A DNA stretch of 64,000 bases from Mycobacterium sp. (GCA_035569455.1 DATMMZ010000285.1:9189-73188), one strand, 5' to 3'. Counted from the first letter of the stretch, positions 26,301 to 35,617 are shown. The notes: generated by a model from the sequence alone, not told the origin. Made by a program: numbers and translations.

Positions 26301-27224
26301 ACCGACCCGGATCCCGCAGCGGTGCTCGCCACGCTGGACAGGTACGCGGCGACAATGCCCGGCGCGCGCTGCGCGACCGTGAGCTACGGCGTGATCGACA
26401 CTGACTCGCAGACGGAGAGCGGCGACGGTGCCGCGAGCATCAGTTACACCTGCGCGGGCCATCCGTACCCGTTGATTGTGGCTCCCGATGGGACGCCGGC
26501 TTTCCTGCGGGCCGGGCGGCGTCCGCCGCTGGCGGCGTGGGAAGACGACGGCGAGCACAACACCGCCGAACACCCGCTGCCGCCGGGCAGTTTGGTTCTG
26601 TTTTATACCGATGGACTGATCGAAAGGCCTGGCGAGACCCTCGATCAAGGATTCGCGCGGCTGCAGGCCGCGGCTGCGCGCTGCGTTGACCTGCCGGTCG
26701 GGGATACCTGTGACGAGCTGATCGACAGAATGGCCCCGCCCGGGGGCTACACCGATGACGTCGTCGTCTTGGCGTTGCGTCCCAGCCACACCACGGCGCA
26801 CAGTTTCGCCGACGCCCTGCCGGCCGCGCCGGCCCATATCGCCGACGCGCGGCACCGGCTGCGGCGCTGGCTGAGAGGAATCGGCGCCGAGCCGCCGCGG
26901 GAAGTCGACATCCTGCTGGCGACAGGGGAAGCGCTCAGCAATGCGATCGAGCACGGCAACCGTGGCGCGTCCGGCCAGTCAGTTTTCGTCGAGGCCTTCG
27001 TGCGCGGTAGCGCCGTCACGACGACAGTCACCGATGCCGGCCGATGGTCGGGTGATTCGTCCGGTAGTCGGCGCGGTGGCCAGCGCGGACGCGGGCTGAC
27101 CCTGATCAACGGGCTGGCCGACTGCGTCGAGACCGTGCGCACCACGCAGGGCACCCGCGTCACGCTGCGTTTCGACCACGCACTCGCCACCGATTCCAGT
27201 CTGGCCGATTGGGGGAAACAGTGA
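23304..27224 (+). CDS. Multidomain signalling protein: PAS/GAF-like input, HisKA-HATPase, REC, GAF, SpoIIE/PP2C phosphatase, RsbW-like ATPase
   Basis: ATGA overlap with STAS. SHEFRTPL; NLLSNAVKF/DTGVG/GTGIGL; ADDN..TDVMMP..KP; GGDWY/GDVVGHG/AGH/YTDGL/DD; EALSNAIEHG/GRGL. Confidence 0.92.
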   Translation: MTEDHRAGRPSDPPDLPPDLIAAVALGDEMGQLFAEFDWAAHPLGPPANWPAEMRTTVATTLTSRFPIILWLSPQDLFTMYNEAYIPILGNRHPSALGRRGEEVWWDIWDDIGPMIASVIDTGKAVWVDDLLLPVITGGRRQERYFTFSYSPLFGDSGVVYGVVATVAETTDRVFSERRLHVLNAVASATMETRTVDDAVSAAVSACAQQPADLPFVAVYVGDGEGDGAAAEITLRGATASVLPLLPRTLGELTDWDPTQRSRAETRLIADVVSVIPGIDEVLQGDHPDRALVLPLGEVSTTGALVVGTNPRCPLNAQYRGFCQLLADQLSSALASAVSYEQERRRGDALVELDRAKTAFLTNVSHEFRTPLTLLLGPLDDALSEAGSDAALTDRLSTARRNAQRLQRLVDSLLDFSRIEAGRATAKFVCTDLGALTSHVASSFSELCERAGLELILDCDRVLADVDPGMWETVMLNLLSNAVKFTMRGSITVEVHSESAECRIAVRDTGVGVAQADLRRLGERFFRGENARGRSVEGTGIGLSLVHGLVELQHGTVQIASELDHGTTITIRLPRSVDGTPVELRPAGLEDSPYVVEADQWLASPTVAAWSDDKRELVLVADDNADMRAHLERVLSAHWRTVLVADGEAALRTTRELRPDAIVTDVMMPRLDGFSLVAAIRADPDLAATPILMLSARAGVEAVSEGFAGGADDYLPKPFRSHELVERVSARLSAAARERESRRSSDAEAQVATAFVQLDTALQAADSVTGIVEALFDSPVGSGGANAIAIGVLDAETNNVRFDYAGAVPGEMRDRYHLVSLDTPLIPVDVIKTGEPRIITDTFSLAPRYEHVVRETTDSVRACVSQPLRGQDGSVIGSLGLLWSTPREFDPDELEIFARTAVMTQSALDRVRIMQREHRIAVDFQEHLLDLDRASTAAVVAASYQPAGKAMRVGGDWYLVVPLDIPGRIAISVGDVVGHGLPAATVMSRLRAAVAATALTDPDPAAVLATLDRYAATMPGARCATVSYGVIDTDSQTESGDGAASISYTCAGHPYPLIVAPDGTPAFLRAGRRPPLAAWEDDGEHNTAEHPLPPGSLVLFYTDGLIERPGETLDQGFARLQAAAARCVDLPVGDTCDELIDRMAPPGGYTDDVVVLALRPSHTTAHSFADALPAAPAHIADARHRLRRWLRGIGAEPPREVDILLATGEALSNAIEHGNRGASGQSVFVEAFVRGSAVTTTVTDAGRWSGDSSGSRRGGQRGRGLTLINGLADCVETVRTTQGTRVTLRFDHALATDSSLADWGKQ

Positions 27225-27547
27225 ACCGCGCGGTGTTCACGCTGCGCAACGTCGGTGGTCGGCCGACACCCGAGGTCACCGTCACCGGCGAGATCGACGT
27301 CAGCAACGCCGACGACTTCGCGCAATCGGTGGGGGCGTTACCGGGCGGCCGCCCGATCATCCTGGCATTGAGCCGGCTGCAATACCTGGACAGCGCGGGT
27401 TTCGCCGCTCTGGATCGTCTACTTGCGCAGGGCACCGCCGTCGTCGTCATCTCACCGGAAAGCCTCGTGCACAAGGCGGCCGAGTTGATAAACCTGCCTT
27501 TTCACCACGATGCCGAGACCGCGCGCCAAGTGCTGCAGCAGGGCTGA
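27221..27547 (+). CDS. Second STAS-domain anti-sigma-factor antagonist
   Basis: GTGA overlap; GEIDVSNA; YLDSAG. Confidence 0.88.
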   Translation: MNRAVFTLRNVGGRPTPEVTVTGEIDVSNADDFAQSVGALPGGRPIILALSRLQYLDSAGFAALDRLLAQGTAVVVISPESLVHKAAELINLPFHHDAETARQVLQQG

Positions 27548-27549
27548 AG

Positions 27550-27828
27550 CTAGACCTCTTCCATCGCGTCGCCGAGTTCCTCGAGGAGCCGGTTGTGATG
27601 GTTGCTGGCCAATAGGTGGCCGGCGGCGATGACCAAAGCGACCGGCCAATCAATGAGTTCGAGAGCTGCCAGGGCGGCCAGACCGCCGTAGTACGCCAGT
27701 TGTTCGGGCCGCGGAATCTCGGTCTGGCCCAACAGCGGCAGGTTTACCACGAAGGTTTCGCCTTCGCGGACCTTCTCCACGGCCTCACGCTGAGACGTTG
27801 CCCGGCGAGCCTTCTTTTCCGCCATCAT
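27550..27828 (-). CDS. Conserved hypothetical protein (Rv0424c orthologue)
   Basis: EQLAYYGGLAALAALELIDWPVAL; GAAAGG SD; synteny. Confidence 0.85.
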   Translation of the reverse strand: MMAEKKARRATSQREAVEKVREGETFVVNLPLLGQTEIPRPEQLAYYGGLAALAALELIDWPVALVIAAGHLLASNHHNRLLEELGDAMEEV

Positions 27829-27888
27829 TTGCCTTTCAGTAACGGAGGGTTTGCCAGTGAGCCGGATGGTGCGGTCACCGTCGGACGT

Positions 27889-28191
27889 ATGGCGACGTCC
27901 GAGGCCCTGGCGGACCCCCTAGCTTCGACGTTCATTTGGGTATTGACCCGGCCGCTGCGGGAGCTTTATGCGCTGCTGTGGCGTGTCGGGGTGGTGGAAA
28001 TCGTGGAGACCGAGCGGGCGCCTCGCCGTTCGTCGAGGGCATATTCGGCTCTGGTGGCTCCGTGTCCGATGTGCCCCAACGTTCCAAAACAGCGTTCAGA
28101 ACCGCTATCGCAATGGTCGCAGCACCCGCGGCTCCCAGAGCCTGCGCCCACCCAACGGGGTCAAGCGGGACGCAGCCAAGCAGTTGGCTGA
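27889..28191 (+). CDS. Rv1535-like small protein, antisense-overlapping the ctpH 3' end
   Basis: DPL......LTRPLRELYALLWRVGVVEI resembles the recalled Rv1535 C-terminal motif (DPL...LSIPLRHLYAALWRVGLLEV). Confidence 0.5.
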   Translation: MATSEALADPLASTFIWVLTRPLRELYALLWRVGVVEIVETERAPRRSSRAYSALVAPCPMCPNVPKQRSEPLSQWSQHPRLPEPAPTQRGQAGRSQAVG

Positions 28192-31100
28192 CGACCGGAA
28201 TACTGATCAACGTCCCCATCACCGCAAGCGAGCCTACCGCCGTGAGCACAACCAGCGGGGCGTGAGACTCCAGCAGTGTTTGGCCTAATTCGGCGCCCAC
28301 CAGTGCGACCAGTGCCGTGGTGGATGCGCGCTGCGGAAGCGGAGGCCCGGTGACGCCCGCCATCACCCACGCTCCGGTCGCCGCGGCGGCCGTGGTCGCG
28401 CCGCGGATCGCGACAGCACGCCACAGCGCAGGCTGATCTGCGCCGCGCACGCCTGGGTCGGCCGGCCCCCTTGGCTTGCTGACCGCAAGGGCGGCGGCCG
28501 GCAGCGCATCGGTCATCATGTTGACCAGCAGCAGCTGCCGGGTGTTCAGCGGCGAGGTCCCGGTGATCGCGCTGCCGATGATGGCGAACAGGACCTCGCC
28601 GGCATTGCCGCCGAGCAGCACGGACACCGCCGCCTGCACCCGCCGCCAGAGTTGGCGCCCTTCCTCGATGGCGTGCACGAGCCCCTCGATGCGAGCGTCG
28701 ACCAGCACCACGTCGGCGGCCATATGAGCCGGGTCGCTACCTCCCGCGACCACCCCGATACCGACGGTGGCCGCCCGGATGGCGGCGGCGTCATTCGAGC
28801 CGTCGCCGACCATCGCGCACAGCACTCCGGCGGCCTCGAGCGTCTGGACGACCTGGACCTTGTTCTCCGGAGTCATCCGGGCGAAGATCACCCGCTCGGT
28901 CACAACGCGCTCTTGGTCTTTGCGCGACAGCGAGTCCCACTCGGAACCGCTGATGACCTGCTCGGCGGTCACCGACAGTCCCAGCTCCGCGGCGATCGCC
29001 TTGGCGGTGATCGGATGATCGCCGGTGATCAGCTTGACGCCCACCCCTTGCTGCCGCAGATTTGCCAGCAGGCCGGCGGCTTCGGCGCGCGGGGTATCCG
29101 ACAAACCGAGGAACCCAAGCAGTGCCAACCCGTCTTTGCAGAATTCGGCGATGGCATCGGGATCTTGCTGTAGCGCCTGGGCCTGCTTTGGCGTCAGCCG
29201 GCGGCGCGCCACCGCAATCACCCGCAACCCGTCGGCGGCCAGTTGAGCGACCGTGTGCTCCGGGGTCGAACCGACGTCCCCGCAGGCGGCCAACACCACT
29301 TCGGGCGCGCCCTTGACGGTCAGCTCCCTGCCGGTGACCGAGGCCGAGAACGACCTTCCGGAGCGGAACGGGAGGTGAGCAGTGGGAGCTACGGAGTTCG
29401 AGCCGTCGGCGGCCCCGTTGTTCTCCATAGCCGCCTCGACAATCGCGACGTCGGTGGCGTGCACGTGTGGGCCGCCGTTCGACACTGGCGCCGCATGCGC
29501 GGCGCAGTGCAGCACCTGCTCGCGCGAGTACCCCGGCGCCGCGTGGACCTGTGCCACCCGCAGGCGGTTCTGGCTGAGTGTTCCGGTCTTGTCGAAGCAG
29601 ACCACGTCGATACGGCCGAGCGCCTCCACCGACCGCGGAACCCGGACCAGCGCACCGAACTTCGTCAGGCGTCGCGCCGACGCCGACTGCGCGAGGGTTG
29701 CCACCAACGGCATCCCTTCGGGGACCGCGGCGACGGCAATGGCGATGCCGCTGGCCACCGCCTGGTGTAAGCCGGTGCGGCGCAACAGCCCAAGCGCGCC
29801 GACCAGCGCACCGCCGGTCACGCTGACGGGAAACGCCTGATTGGTCAGCTGGCTGAGCTGGTGCTGCAGGCCGATCTCGGATGACAGGTCGGCGGACACG
29901 AGCTCGGCGGCGCGCCGCTCCTGGGTGTCGGCCCCGACGGCGGTCACCAGCGCGACGGCGGTACCTGCCACCACGGTCGTCCCGGCGTACAGCATGCAGC
30001 GCCGCTCGGCGAGGTCCGCGCCCGGCGTGGCCTCGACCTGCTTCTCCACCGATAGCGACTCACCGGTGAGCGTGGACTCGTCGACCTCGAGATCGACCTC
30101 TTCGATGAGTCGGGCGTCGGCGGGCACCACCTCGTGGGTCCGCACCTCGATGACGTCGCCGGGCCGCAGTTGCGCCGCGATGACGTCGGTGTACAGCCGC
30201 TCGCCGCCCGGACCGGTCGAGACCACCCTGGCCGGCGGAATCTGCTGAGCCAGCAATCGGTTCAGCCGGCTCTCGGCGCGCAGCCGCTGACTGGCCGCCA
30301 GTACGGAGTTCCCGGCCAGCACCGAAAAGACCAATACCGCGTCGACGGGCGAACCGAGCACCGCACTGGCCGCCGAGCCGAGCGCCAGGATGGGTGTCAG
30401 CGGGTCGGACAGCTCGGCGCGCACGGCCTTGGCGAGCTGCCACAGCGTGATGGCGGGCGACGCGGCCAGTTCCGCGACTCGATGGGTCGCTTCGGGGGCG
30501 CTTGCCTCGGAGTCCGGCGGCGGCAATATCTTTCGGGCCTGCTCGACCGACATCGCGTGCCATTCGTGCACGGCCGCCGGGCGCGGCGTGTCCGCGTTCA
30601 TGACCCCGCGTGCCAGCAGGTATCCGGAGACCAGGCCGGCCGCCGCACCCAGGTTCACCGGCCCGGGCCCGATGCCGCGGACGGTCGGGATCATCAGCAG
30701 CGATCCCATGGCGGTGGCGCCGGCCGCCAACAGGGTGCCTCGCTCGGTGGCGGTCCTGGCCGCCGGCAGCGCGTGCAGCAACCGCCAGGCGGCGGCCAGA
30801 TCGGGCAGCAGCAGATCGGCAAACCACAGGGGCGCGCCGGTGTAGTGGGCCGGCATCACGGCCAGCGCCAAGTCGGCTGACGAAATCGCTTGTGCGCCAG
30901 ACGATGACAACACCGCGACGGTGTGGCCCGCCTCCTTCAGGTCGGTTACCGCGCGGGCGAGTGCGTCGTCGATGGAGCCGTCGAGGGGCCGGATGTCGTC
31001 GAACGCCGTTCGTAACTCGCCCAGCGAGTCGTCATCGACCGAGATCAGATCCGCTCCGCTGCGGTGCGCCTCGGCAACTACTGCCGAGGCTAACGGATCG

Positions 31101-32461
31101 TGTGCGGGGCGGAAAAGGGCCTGCACTTTCGAATTGGGCCGGCTGCCCGATATCCCGGGCACGCGGTGCCAGCCCGGGCGCAGGCTGTTTTTCTCCAGCA
31201 TGAGCTGGGCGCGGTTCCACCCTGCGGACAGCTCGCTGTCATCGGCGCCGCGGATGCGTGCCACGCGCAGGGTGTCGGCACACAACACCCGGGGGTCGAT
31301 GACGATCGCGTCGACTCTTTGCAGGCGGCGCAGGCTCGCCGGCCGCAGCGCCAACACTGCATGCCGATCGGCCAATTCCCTTCCCAGCGTGGAAGCGAAC
31401 GCCTCGGGTGTGCTCCGGGTGGCCTTAGGGGTGGTCACCTGTACCGCGGTGGCGGCCATGTTGACGTTGCGGGTGCCGATGCCGAGCAGTCCGGCACTCA
31501 GGGCCTGCAGGAGCGCGAAACGCTCGACGTTGGTATCCGGGGACTTCCCTGCCGTGGGTCGGGGTGCCACCGACATGGGTGGTTGGTCGGCGTGCAACGC
31601 CAACTGGGGTTCGTGGGCTCGCCAGACGAGTGCCTGGGCGTGTGCCTCACCGGCTTTCAGCGCTTGCAGCGTCAGCCCCAGCGCCAATGACGTCGGCGAC
31701 TGGCCGAGGGTCTGCGTCGCCGCCATGACGAGCGTCATGACGGTGTCGGCGGCGGGCGCGCCGATGGCGTCGTCGAGCAGACGGCGCAGCCGGGGCTGGT
31801 AGTCGAAGAACGTCACGCTCGCGACGACAGGGTTCGGCAGTCGGCCCCAGCGCAGCATTCGGCCGGTGAGGGCGATGCCCAGCCCCGCCGCGGTGGCGGC
31901 GACGGTGACCGCGCGGGTCGCCAGTACCACGCCGTCGCCCGGCAGGCTTGCCGGTGATGACGTCGGCGCTTCGGGCTCTCGGTATGGGCTGCAACACTTT
32001 TCGGCGTCGTCCAGCACGCGGCAAAGCTCACTCAGCGATGTGTTCTGATCGCTGATTTCCACGACCACGCGCGACAAGGGGTAGTTCAGTTTGGCCGACG
32101 TGACACCGGGGTGGGCCCGGACCGCATCGAGCACGATGGGCCCGAGTTCACCGCCGCCGGCGCCGTCGAGTCCGCGCACCTCGATCCAGGCGCGGTTCTC
32201 GCCACGCCAACAATGCCGGCTCAGTGTCTCGCGGGAGAGGTCGCCGGAAAGGGCCCTGGCTCCTTCTCGCAGCGGCATAGTGGCGATGTTGAAACCCGCC
32301 TCAGCGACCGAGCCCGCGGTCTTGCCCAGGGTTCCCGCGACAGCTGCCGCGGTGCTTACCGATGCACTGGTTACGGCATTGGTTGCCTGAAGACCTGTTA
32401 TGGCGGCGCGCATCGGCAGGGATCGCCGTATGGATGCGCCGATGTTCAAAAGATTACTCAA
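27932..32461 (-). CDS. ctpH: Large P-type cation ATPase CtpH
   Basis: LTGES, VPEG, DKTGT, TGD, GDGSND; ~1500 aa with long N-terminal extension; lies between Rv0424c and Rv0426c orthologues. Confidence 0.93.
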   Translation of the reverse strand: MSNLLNIGASIRRSLPMRAAITGLQATNAVTSASVSTAAAVAGTLGKTAGSVAEAGFNIATMPLREGARALSGDLSRETLSRHCWRGENRAWIEVRGLDGAGGGELGPIVLDAVRAHPGVTSAKLNYPLSRVVVEISDQNTSLSELCRVLDDAEKCCSPYREPEAPTSSPASLPGDGVVLATRAVTVAATAAGLGIALTGRMLRWGRLPNPVVASVTFFDYQPRLRRLLDDAIGAPAADTVMTLVMAATQTLGQSPTSLALGLTLQALKAGEAHAQALVWRAHEPQLALHADQPPMSVAPRPTAGKSPDTNVERFALLQALSAGLLGIGTRNVNMAATAVQVTTPKATRSTPEAFASTLGRELADRHAVLALRPASLRRLQRVDAIVIDPRVLCADTLRVARIRGADDSELSAGWNRAQLMLEKNSLRPGWHRVPGISGSRPNSKVQALFRPAHDPLASAVVAEAHRSGADLISVDDDSLGELRTAFDDIRPLDGSIDDALARAVTDLKEAGHTVAVLSSSGAQAISSADLALAVMPAHYTGAPLWFADLLLPDLAAAWRLLHALPAARTATERGTLLAAGATAMGSLLMIPTVRGIGPGPVNLGAAAGLVSGYLLARGVMNADTPRPAAVHEWHAMSVEQARKILPPPDSEASAPEATHRVAELAASPAITLWQLAKAVRAELSDPLTPILALGSAASAVLGSPVDAVLVFSVLAGNSVLAASQRLRAESRLNRLLAQQIPPARVVSTGPGGERLYTDVIAAQLRPGDVIEVRTHEVVPADARLIEEVDLEVDESTLTGESLSVEKQVEATPGADLAERRCMLYAGTTVVAGTAVALVTAVGADTQERRAAELVSADLSSEIGLQHQLSQLTNQAFPVSVTGGALVGALGLLRRTGLHQAVASGIAIAVAAVPEGMPLVATLAQSASARRLTKFGALVRVPRSVEALGRIDVVCFDKTGTLSQNRLRVAQVHAAPGYSREQVLHCAAHAAPVSNGGPHVHATDVAIVEAAMENNGAADGSNSVAPTAHLPFRSGRSFSASVTGRELTVKGAPEVVLAACGDVGSTPEHTVAQLAADGLRVIAVARRRLTPKQAQALQQDPDAIAEFCKDGLALLGFLGLSDTPRAEAAGLLANLRQQGVGVKLITGDHPITAKAIAAELGLSVTAEQVISGSEWDSLSRKDQERVVTERVIFARMTPENKVQVVQTLEAAGVLCAMVGDGSNDAAAIRAATVGIGVVAGGSDPAHMAADVVLVDARIEGLVHAIEEGRQLWRRVQAAVSVLLGGNAGEVLFAIIGSAITGTSPLNTRQLLLVNMMTDALPAAALAVSKPRGPADPGVRGADQPALWRAVAIRGATTAAAATGAWVMAGVTGPPLPQRASTTALVALVGAELGQTLLESHAPLVVLTAVGSLAVMGTLISIPVVSQLLGCVPLDPVGWAQALGAAGAATIAIAVLNAVLERWGTSDTEPPEPNMPSTNGEAPARSPRFPPPRHATAAHKAPAAAGSIPK

Positions 32462-32470
32462 CGGTGCCGA

Positions 32471-32911
32471 TCAGTTGGTGCTGCGCAACTCCGCGGTGCC
32501 CGCCCGCCGGCCGGCGGTCTTCTTGGCCGCCGGTTTGGGTGTGGCCTTCTGCGGCGGGGGTTTTTCTGGCGCCGGTTCGCTGGGTACTGGTTTGAGGTTC
32601 GCCTTCGGCGCCGGTGCCTCTGGTTTGCGGCTCATCCTACGCAACAACAGCGCACCGCCGCCAACGGCCAACAGCACCGGCCATTCGACCAGGCCCGCGA
32701 CGCCGAGCGCACCCAAGGCCAAGGCGGCGGCCGGGGTCGAGTGACTGCCCGTGCTGACACCGCGCTTAATGCCTTGCGCGGCTCCCGTCACGCCGCCGAC
32801 AACCCCATTCACCGCCGCGCCACCCACAGCGCCCGCGGCCTCCGTAGTCACCGTCGCCGCACGACTCACCGTTTTACCAACGCCGCGGACTGCTCCGCCG
32901 ACGACACTCAT
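32471..32911 (-). CDS. Membrane protein (Rv0426c orthologue)
   Basis: MSVVGG..., GSHSTPAAAL..GLVEWPVL; GGGAG SD. Confidence 0.85.
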   Translation of the reverse strand: MSVVGGAVRGVGKTVSRAATVTTEAAGAVGGAAVNGVVGGVTGAAQGIKRGVSTGSHSTPAAALALGALGVAGLVEWPVLLAVGGGALLLRRMSRKPEAPAPKANLKPVPSEPAPEKPPPQKATPKPAAKKTAGRRAGTAELRSTN

Positions 32912-33135
32912 GATGACTCCCTGGCTTTCATTCGCTCTCGTTGCAAACCGCGTTGACAACGCCTGTATACCCGTTGAATGCAAAGTTAACAGCTACAACG
33001 AAATAGTTCTCGGCATCTAACAAGCGAAAGCCTGCCACGTTACAAACCCGCAGACAACGAGCAGCCGTATACAATTTCCGCCGCTTAACCTGCGGGTGGG
33101 CGATCTTAACGTCGGCGAACCGTCGTTTAGGTGAT

Positions 33136-33957
33136 TCAGTCGCGCCTTACATCGATCAGCACCGGTGCGTGATCACTGGGGGCCTTGCCTTTGCGCTCCT
33201 CTCGGACGATCTGTGCATCGGTCACCCGTCCGGCCAACGCCGGTGAGGCCAGGATGAAGTCGATACGCATGCCCTGTCTCTTCGGGAACCGCAGCTGCGT
33301 GTAGTCCCAGTAGGTGTAGACGCCCGGTCCCGGGGTGAAAGGCCTTACCACATCAGTGAATTGCGCGTTGACGATCGCGTTGAATGCCTGACGTTCCGGC
33401 TCGGAGACGTGCGTGCAGCCGGCATAGAATTCGGTGCTCCAGACGTCTTCGTCGGTCGGGGCGATGTTCCAGTCGCCGACCAGAGCAATCTTTGCTGTGG
33501 GGTCGTCATGTAACCAGCCATCGGCCGTACCACGCAGCGCGGCAAGCCAATCCAGCTTGTAGTTGTAGTGGGGGTCGTCCAGGGTGCGCCCATTGGGGAC
33601 GTACAGACTCCACACCCGCACGCCACCGCAGGTGGCGCCCAATGCGCGGGCTTCCGCCGTAGCGGCCACCTCTGGCTTGCTGCTCCAGCTGGGTTGGCCG
33701 TCGAAGCCGATCTGCACATCGTCGAGGCCGACCCGGGAGGCGATGGCTACGCCGTTCCACTGATTAAAGCCGACATGTGCGACCTCGTAGCCGAGTTCGA
33801 AGAGCGGCAGCGTCGGGAATTGACTATCGGAGCATTTGGTCTCCTGCATGGCCAGCACGTCGACGTCGGCGCGGGCAAGCCAGTCGGTGACGCGGTCCAG
33901 TCGGGTGCGGATCGAATTCACATTCCAGGTGGCCAGCCGCAGCGTGCCGTCGGGCAT
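33136..33957 (-). CDS. xthA: Exodeoxyribonuclease III
   Basis: WNVNS, QETK, YVPNG, GDWN, RID, SDH. Confidence 0.96.
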   Translation of the reverse strand: MPDGTLRLATWNVNSIRTRLDRVTDWLARADVDVLAMQETKCSDSQFPTLPLFELGYEVAHVGFNQWNGVAIASRVGLDDVQIGFDGQPSWSSKPEVAATAEARALGATCGGVRVWSLYVPNGRTLDDPHYNYKLDWLAALRGTADGWLHDDPTAKIALVGDWNIAPTDEDVWSTEFYAGCTHVSEPERQAFNAIVNAQFTDVVRPFTPGPGVYTYWDYTQLRFPKRQGMRIDFILASPALAGRVTDAQIVREERKGKAPSDHAPVLIDVRRD

Positions 33958-33959
33958 GG

Positions 33960-34778
33960 CTAGACGGTATCCCAAGTGCCTGCCGGGACCGGAAAGTAGC
34001 GGGTCCGGTGGTGCAGCCGGAACCGCAGGGACTCGGCAAGGGCGTTCGCGTTCGTGTCGTGCTCACCGACCCGCATGTAGCCGCGGGTCGCGCCGCGACA
34101 CGCGCCCCAAGCCAGAAGCGCCTCGCAGTCCCGGCTTGCGCCGCGGTGGTCGTCCGCCGCGCGGATCTCGGACAGGCCGACCCACCGGCTGCCGTCGGGC
34201 GCGTCGGTCACCGCCGCGCGGGCGAACTCGCCGAATGTCACGCCAGCATCGCGTTCGTTGTCGAGGGCCACGCCAGGGTGACCCTCGGGCGCGTCGCGCA
34301 CCAGGATTTTCTCGGTGTGCTCGCTCTCCAAGCCCACCGGCGGCCGCAGCAAGCGGTCGGGGATGGCCAGCCGCGGCGTGAGCTCGCGGTGCGCATACCA
34401 CGCGACGATTGCCGGGATCGCGTAAGGCCGAGCTGAAATATCCAGCGGGACAGCTGAATTGGCTTCGAGTGTGGCCCCTTGCGCGGCCCGGAGCAGCCAG
34501 CCGTCCAGCCAGGCCCGCTCGACGGCGGGGCTGGCCGCGGCGGCCGCATGTTCCAGGGCGCGGATCTGATCGGTGCGCACCGGAGCATCGGTCAATTCCC
34601 GCAGCGCCACCACGTCGGCGGCCGCGCACTCGACCACCGCGCCCGTCTTCGTCCGCACCCGAACCACCGGATCGACAGCCAACAGGTGGCCTACGGCATC
34701 GGTCAGCGGCGGGACCGACCCGGCGGGACGGCGGTAGCGAACCGTCACCCGTGTTCCGAGGTCCGGCCACGAGACCAT
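33960..34778 (-). CDS. GNAT-like acetyltransferase (Rv0428c orthologue)
   Basis: ATG coupled to the def stop (TGATG); LGTRVTVRYR, LDGWLLRA, ANSAVPL. Confidence 0.82.
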   Translation of the reverse strand: MVSWPDLGTRVTVRYRRPAGSVPPLTDAVGHLLAVDPVVRVRTKTGAVVECAAADVVALRELTDAPVRTDQIRALEHAAAAASPAVERAWLDGWLLRAAQGATLEANSAVPLDISARPYAIPAIVAWYAHRELTPRLAIPDRLLRPPVGLESEHTEKILVRDAPEGHPGVALDNERDAGVTFGEFARAAVTDAPDGSRWVGLSEIRAADDHRGASRDCEALLAWGACRGATRGYMRVGEHDTNANALAESLRFRLHHRTRYFPVPAGTWDTV

Positions 34779-35371
34779 CAGTGGCCGAACGGGTCGGGCC
34801 CTTCGCCCGGCATCCACGAGAGCCCGGGAACTCCCCAGCCGTGTGACTTGACCGCGCGTTTCGCGGCGCGGGCGTGCCGGCCGACCAGACGGTCCAGGTA
34901 CAGAAGTCCATCCAGGTGCCCGGTTTCGTGCTGCAGCATGCGGGCGAACAGGCCGGTGCCCTCGATAGCGACCGGGTTGCCGTCGGCGTCGAGCCCGGTG
35001 ACCCGTGCCCATTTGGCCCGCCCGGTGGGGAACGATTCGCCGGGAACCGACAAGCATCCTTCGTCGTCATCGCCCGGGTCGGGCATGGTTTCGGGTATTT
35101 CGGAAGTTTCCAGGACCGGGTTGATGACGACGCCGCGGCGCCGGTCCGTCAGTCCGCGGTCCTCGGAACAGTCGTACACGAACAACCGCAGTCCGTACCC
35201 GATCTGGTTGGCGGCCAGACCCACCCCGTGCGCGGCGTCCATGGTGTCGTACATGGTGGAGATCAACGCGGCCAGATCAGCCGGGAGCGAACCGTCGGGG
35301 CCGACCTGCACCGGCATCGTAGGAGTGCGCAAGACCGGATCTCCCACGATGCGAATGGGTAGGACTGCCAT
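34778..35371 (-). CDS. def: Peptide deformylase
   Basis: [20 protein letters not shown]. Confidence 0.97.
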   Translation of the reverse strand: MAVLPIRIVGDPVLRTPTMPVQVGPDGSLPADLAALISTMYDTMDAAHGVGLAANQIGYGLRLFVYDCSEDRGLTDRRRGVVINPVLETSEIPETMPDPGDDDEGCLSVPGESFPTGRAKWARVTGLDADGNPVAIEGTGLFARMLQHETGHLDGLLYLDRLVGRHARAAKRAVKSHGWGVPGLSWMPGEGPDPFGH

Positions 35372-35617
35372 GGTCGGCTAGCTTAAGCCTGGTGACTCTG
35401 CAATCCTGCGGCCGTTGGCGATTTGTCGCTGCGGGGCGGGCAACAACTGTGATCAATGCGACCCAGTCGGCAATCCAACTAAGTCGGCCGACTCGCGGGT
35501 CTAGATGACAGCTTGAGGGTTGGGGGCGTGGTTCAATATTCGCCGAAACACCCCCCTATGTAAGTCAAGTCATTCAAGCAATTTGAGAATTCGCCGGAAG
35601 GGTCCAGGGGAAGCGAT

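Noticed and set aside
35372-35617. Possible ncRNA in the def-Rv0430 intergenic region
   Set aside because: Relatively AT-rich, but no convincing stem or known motif; explained by divergent promoters.
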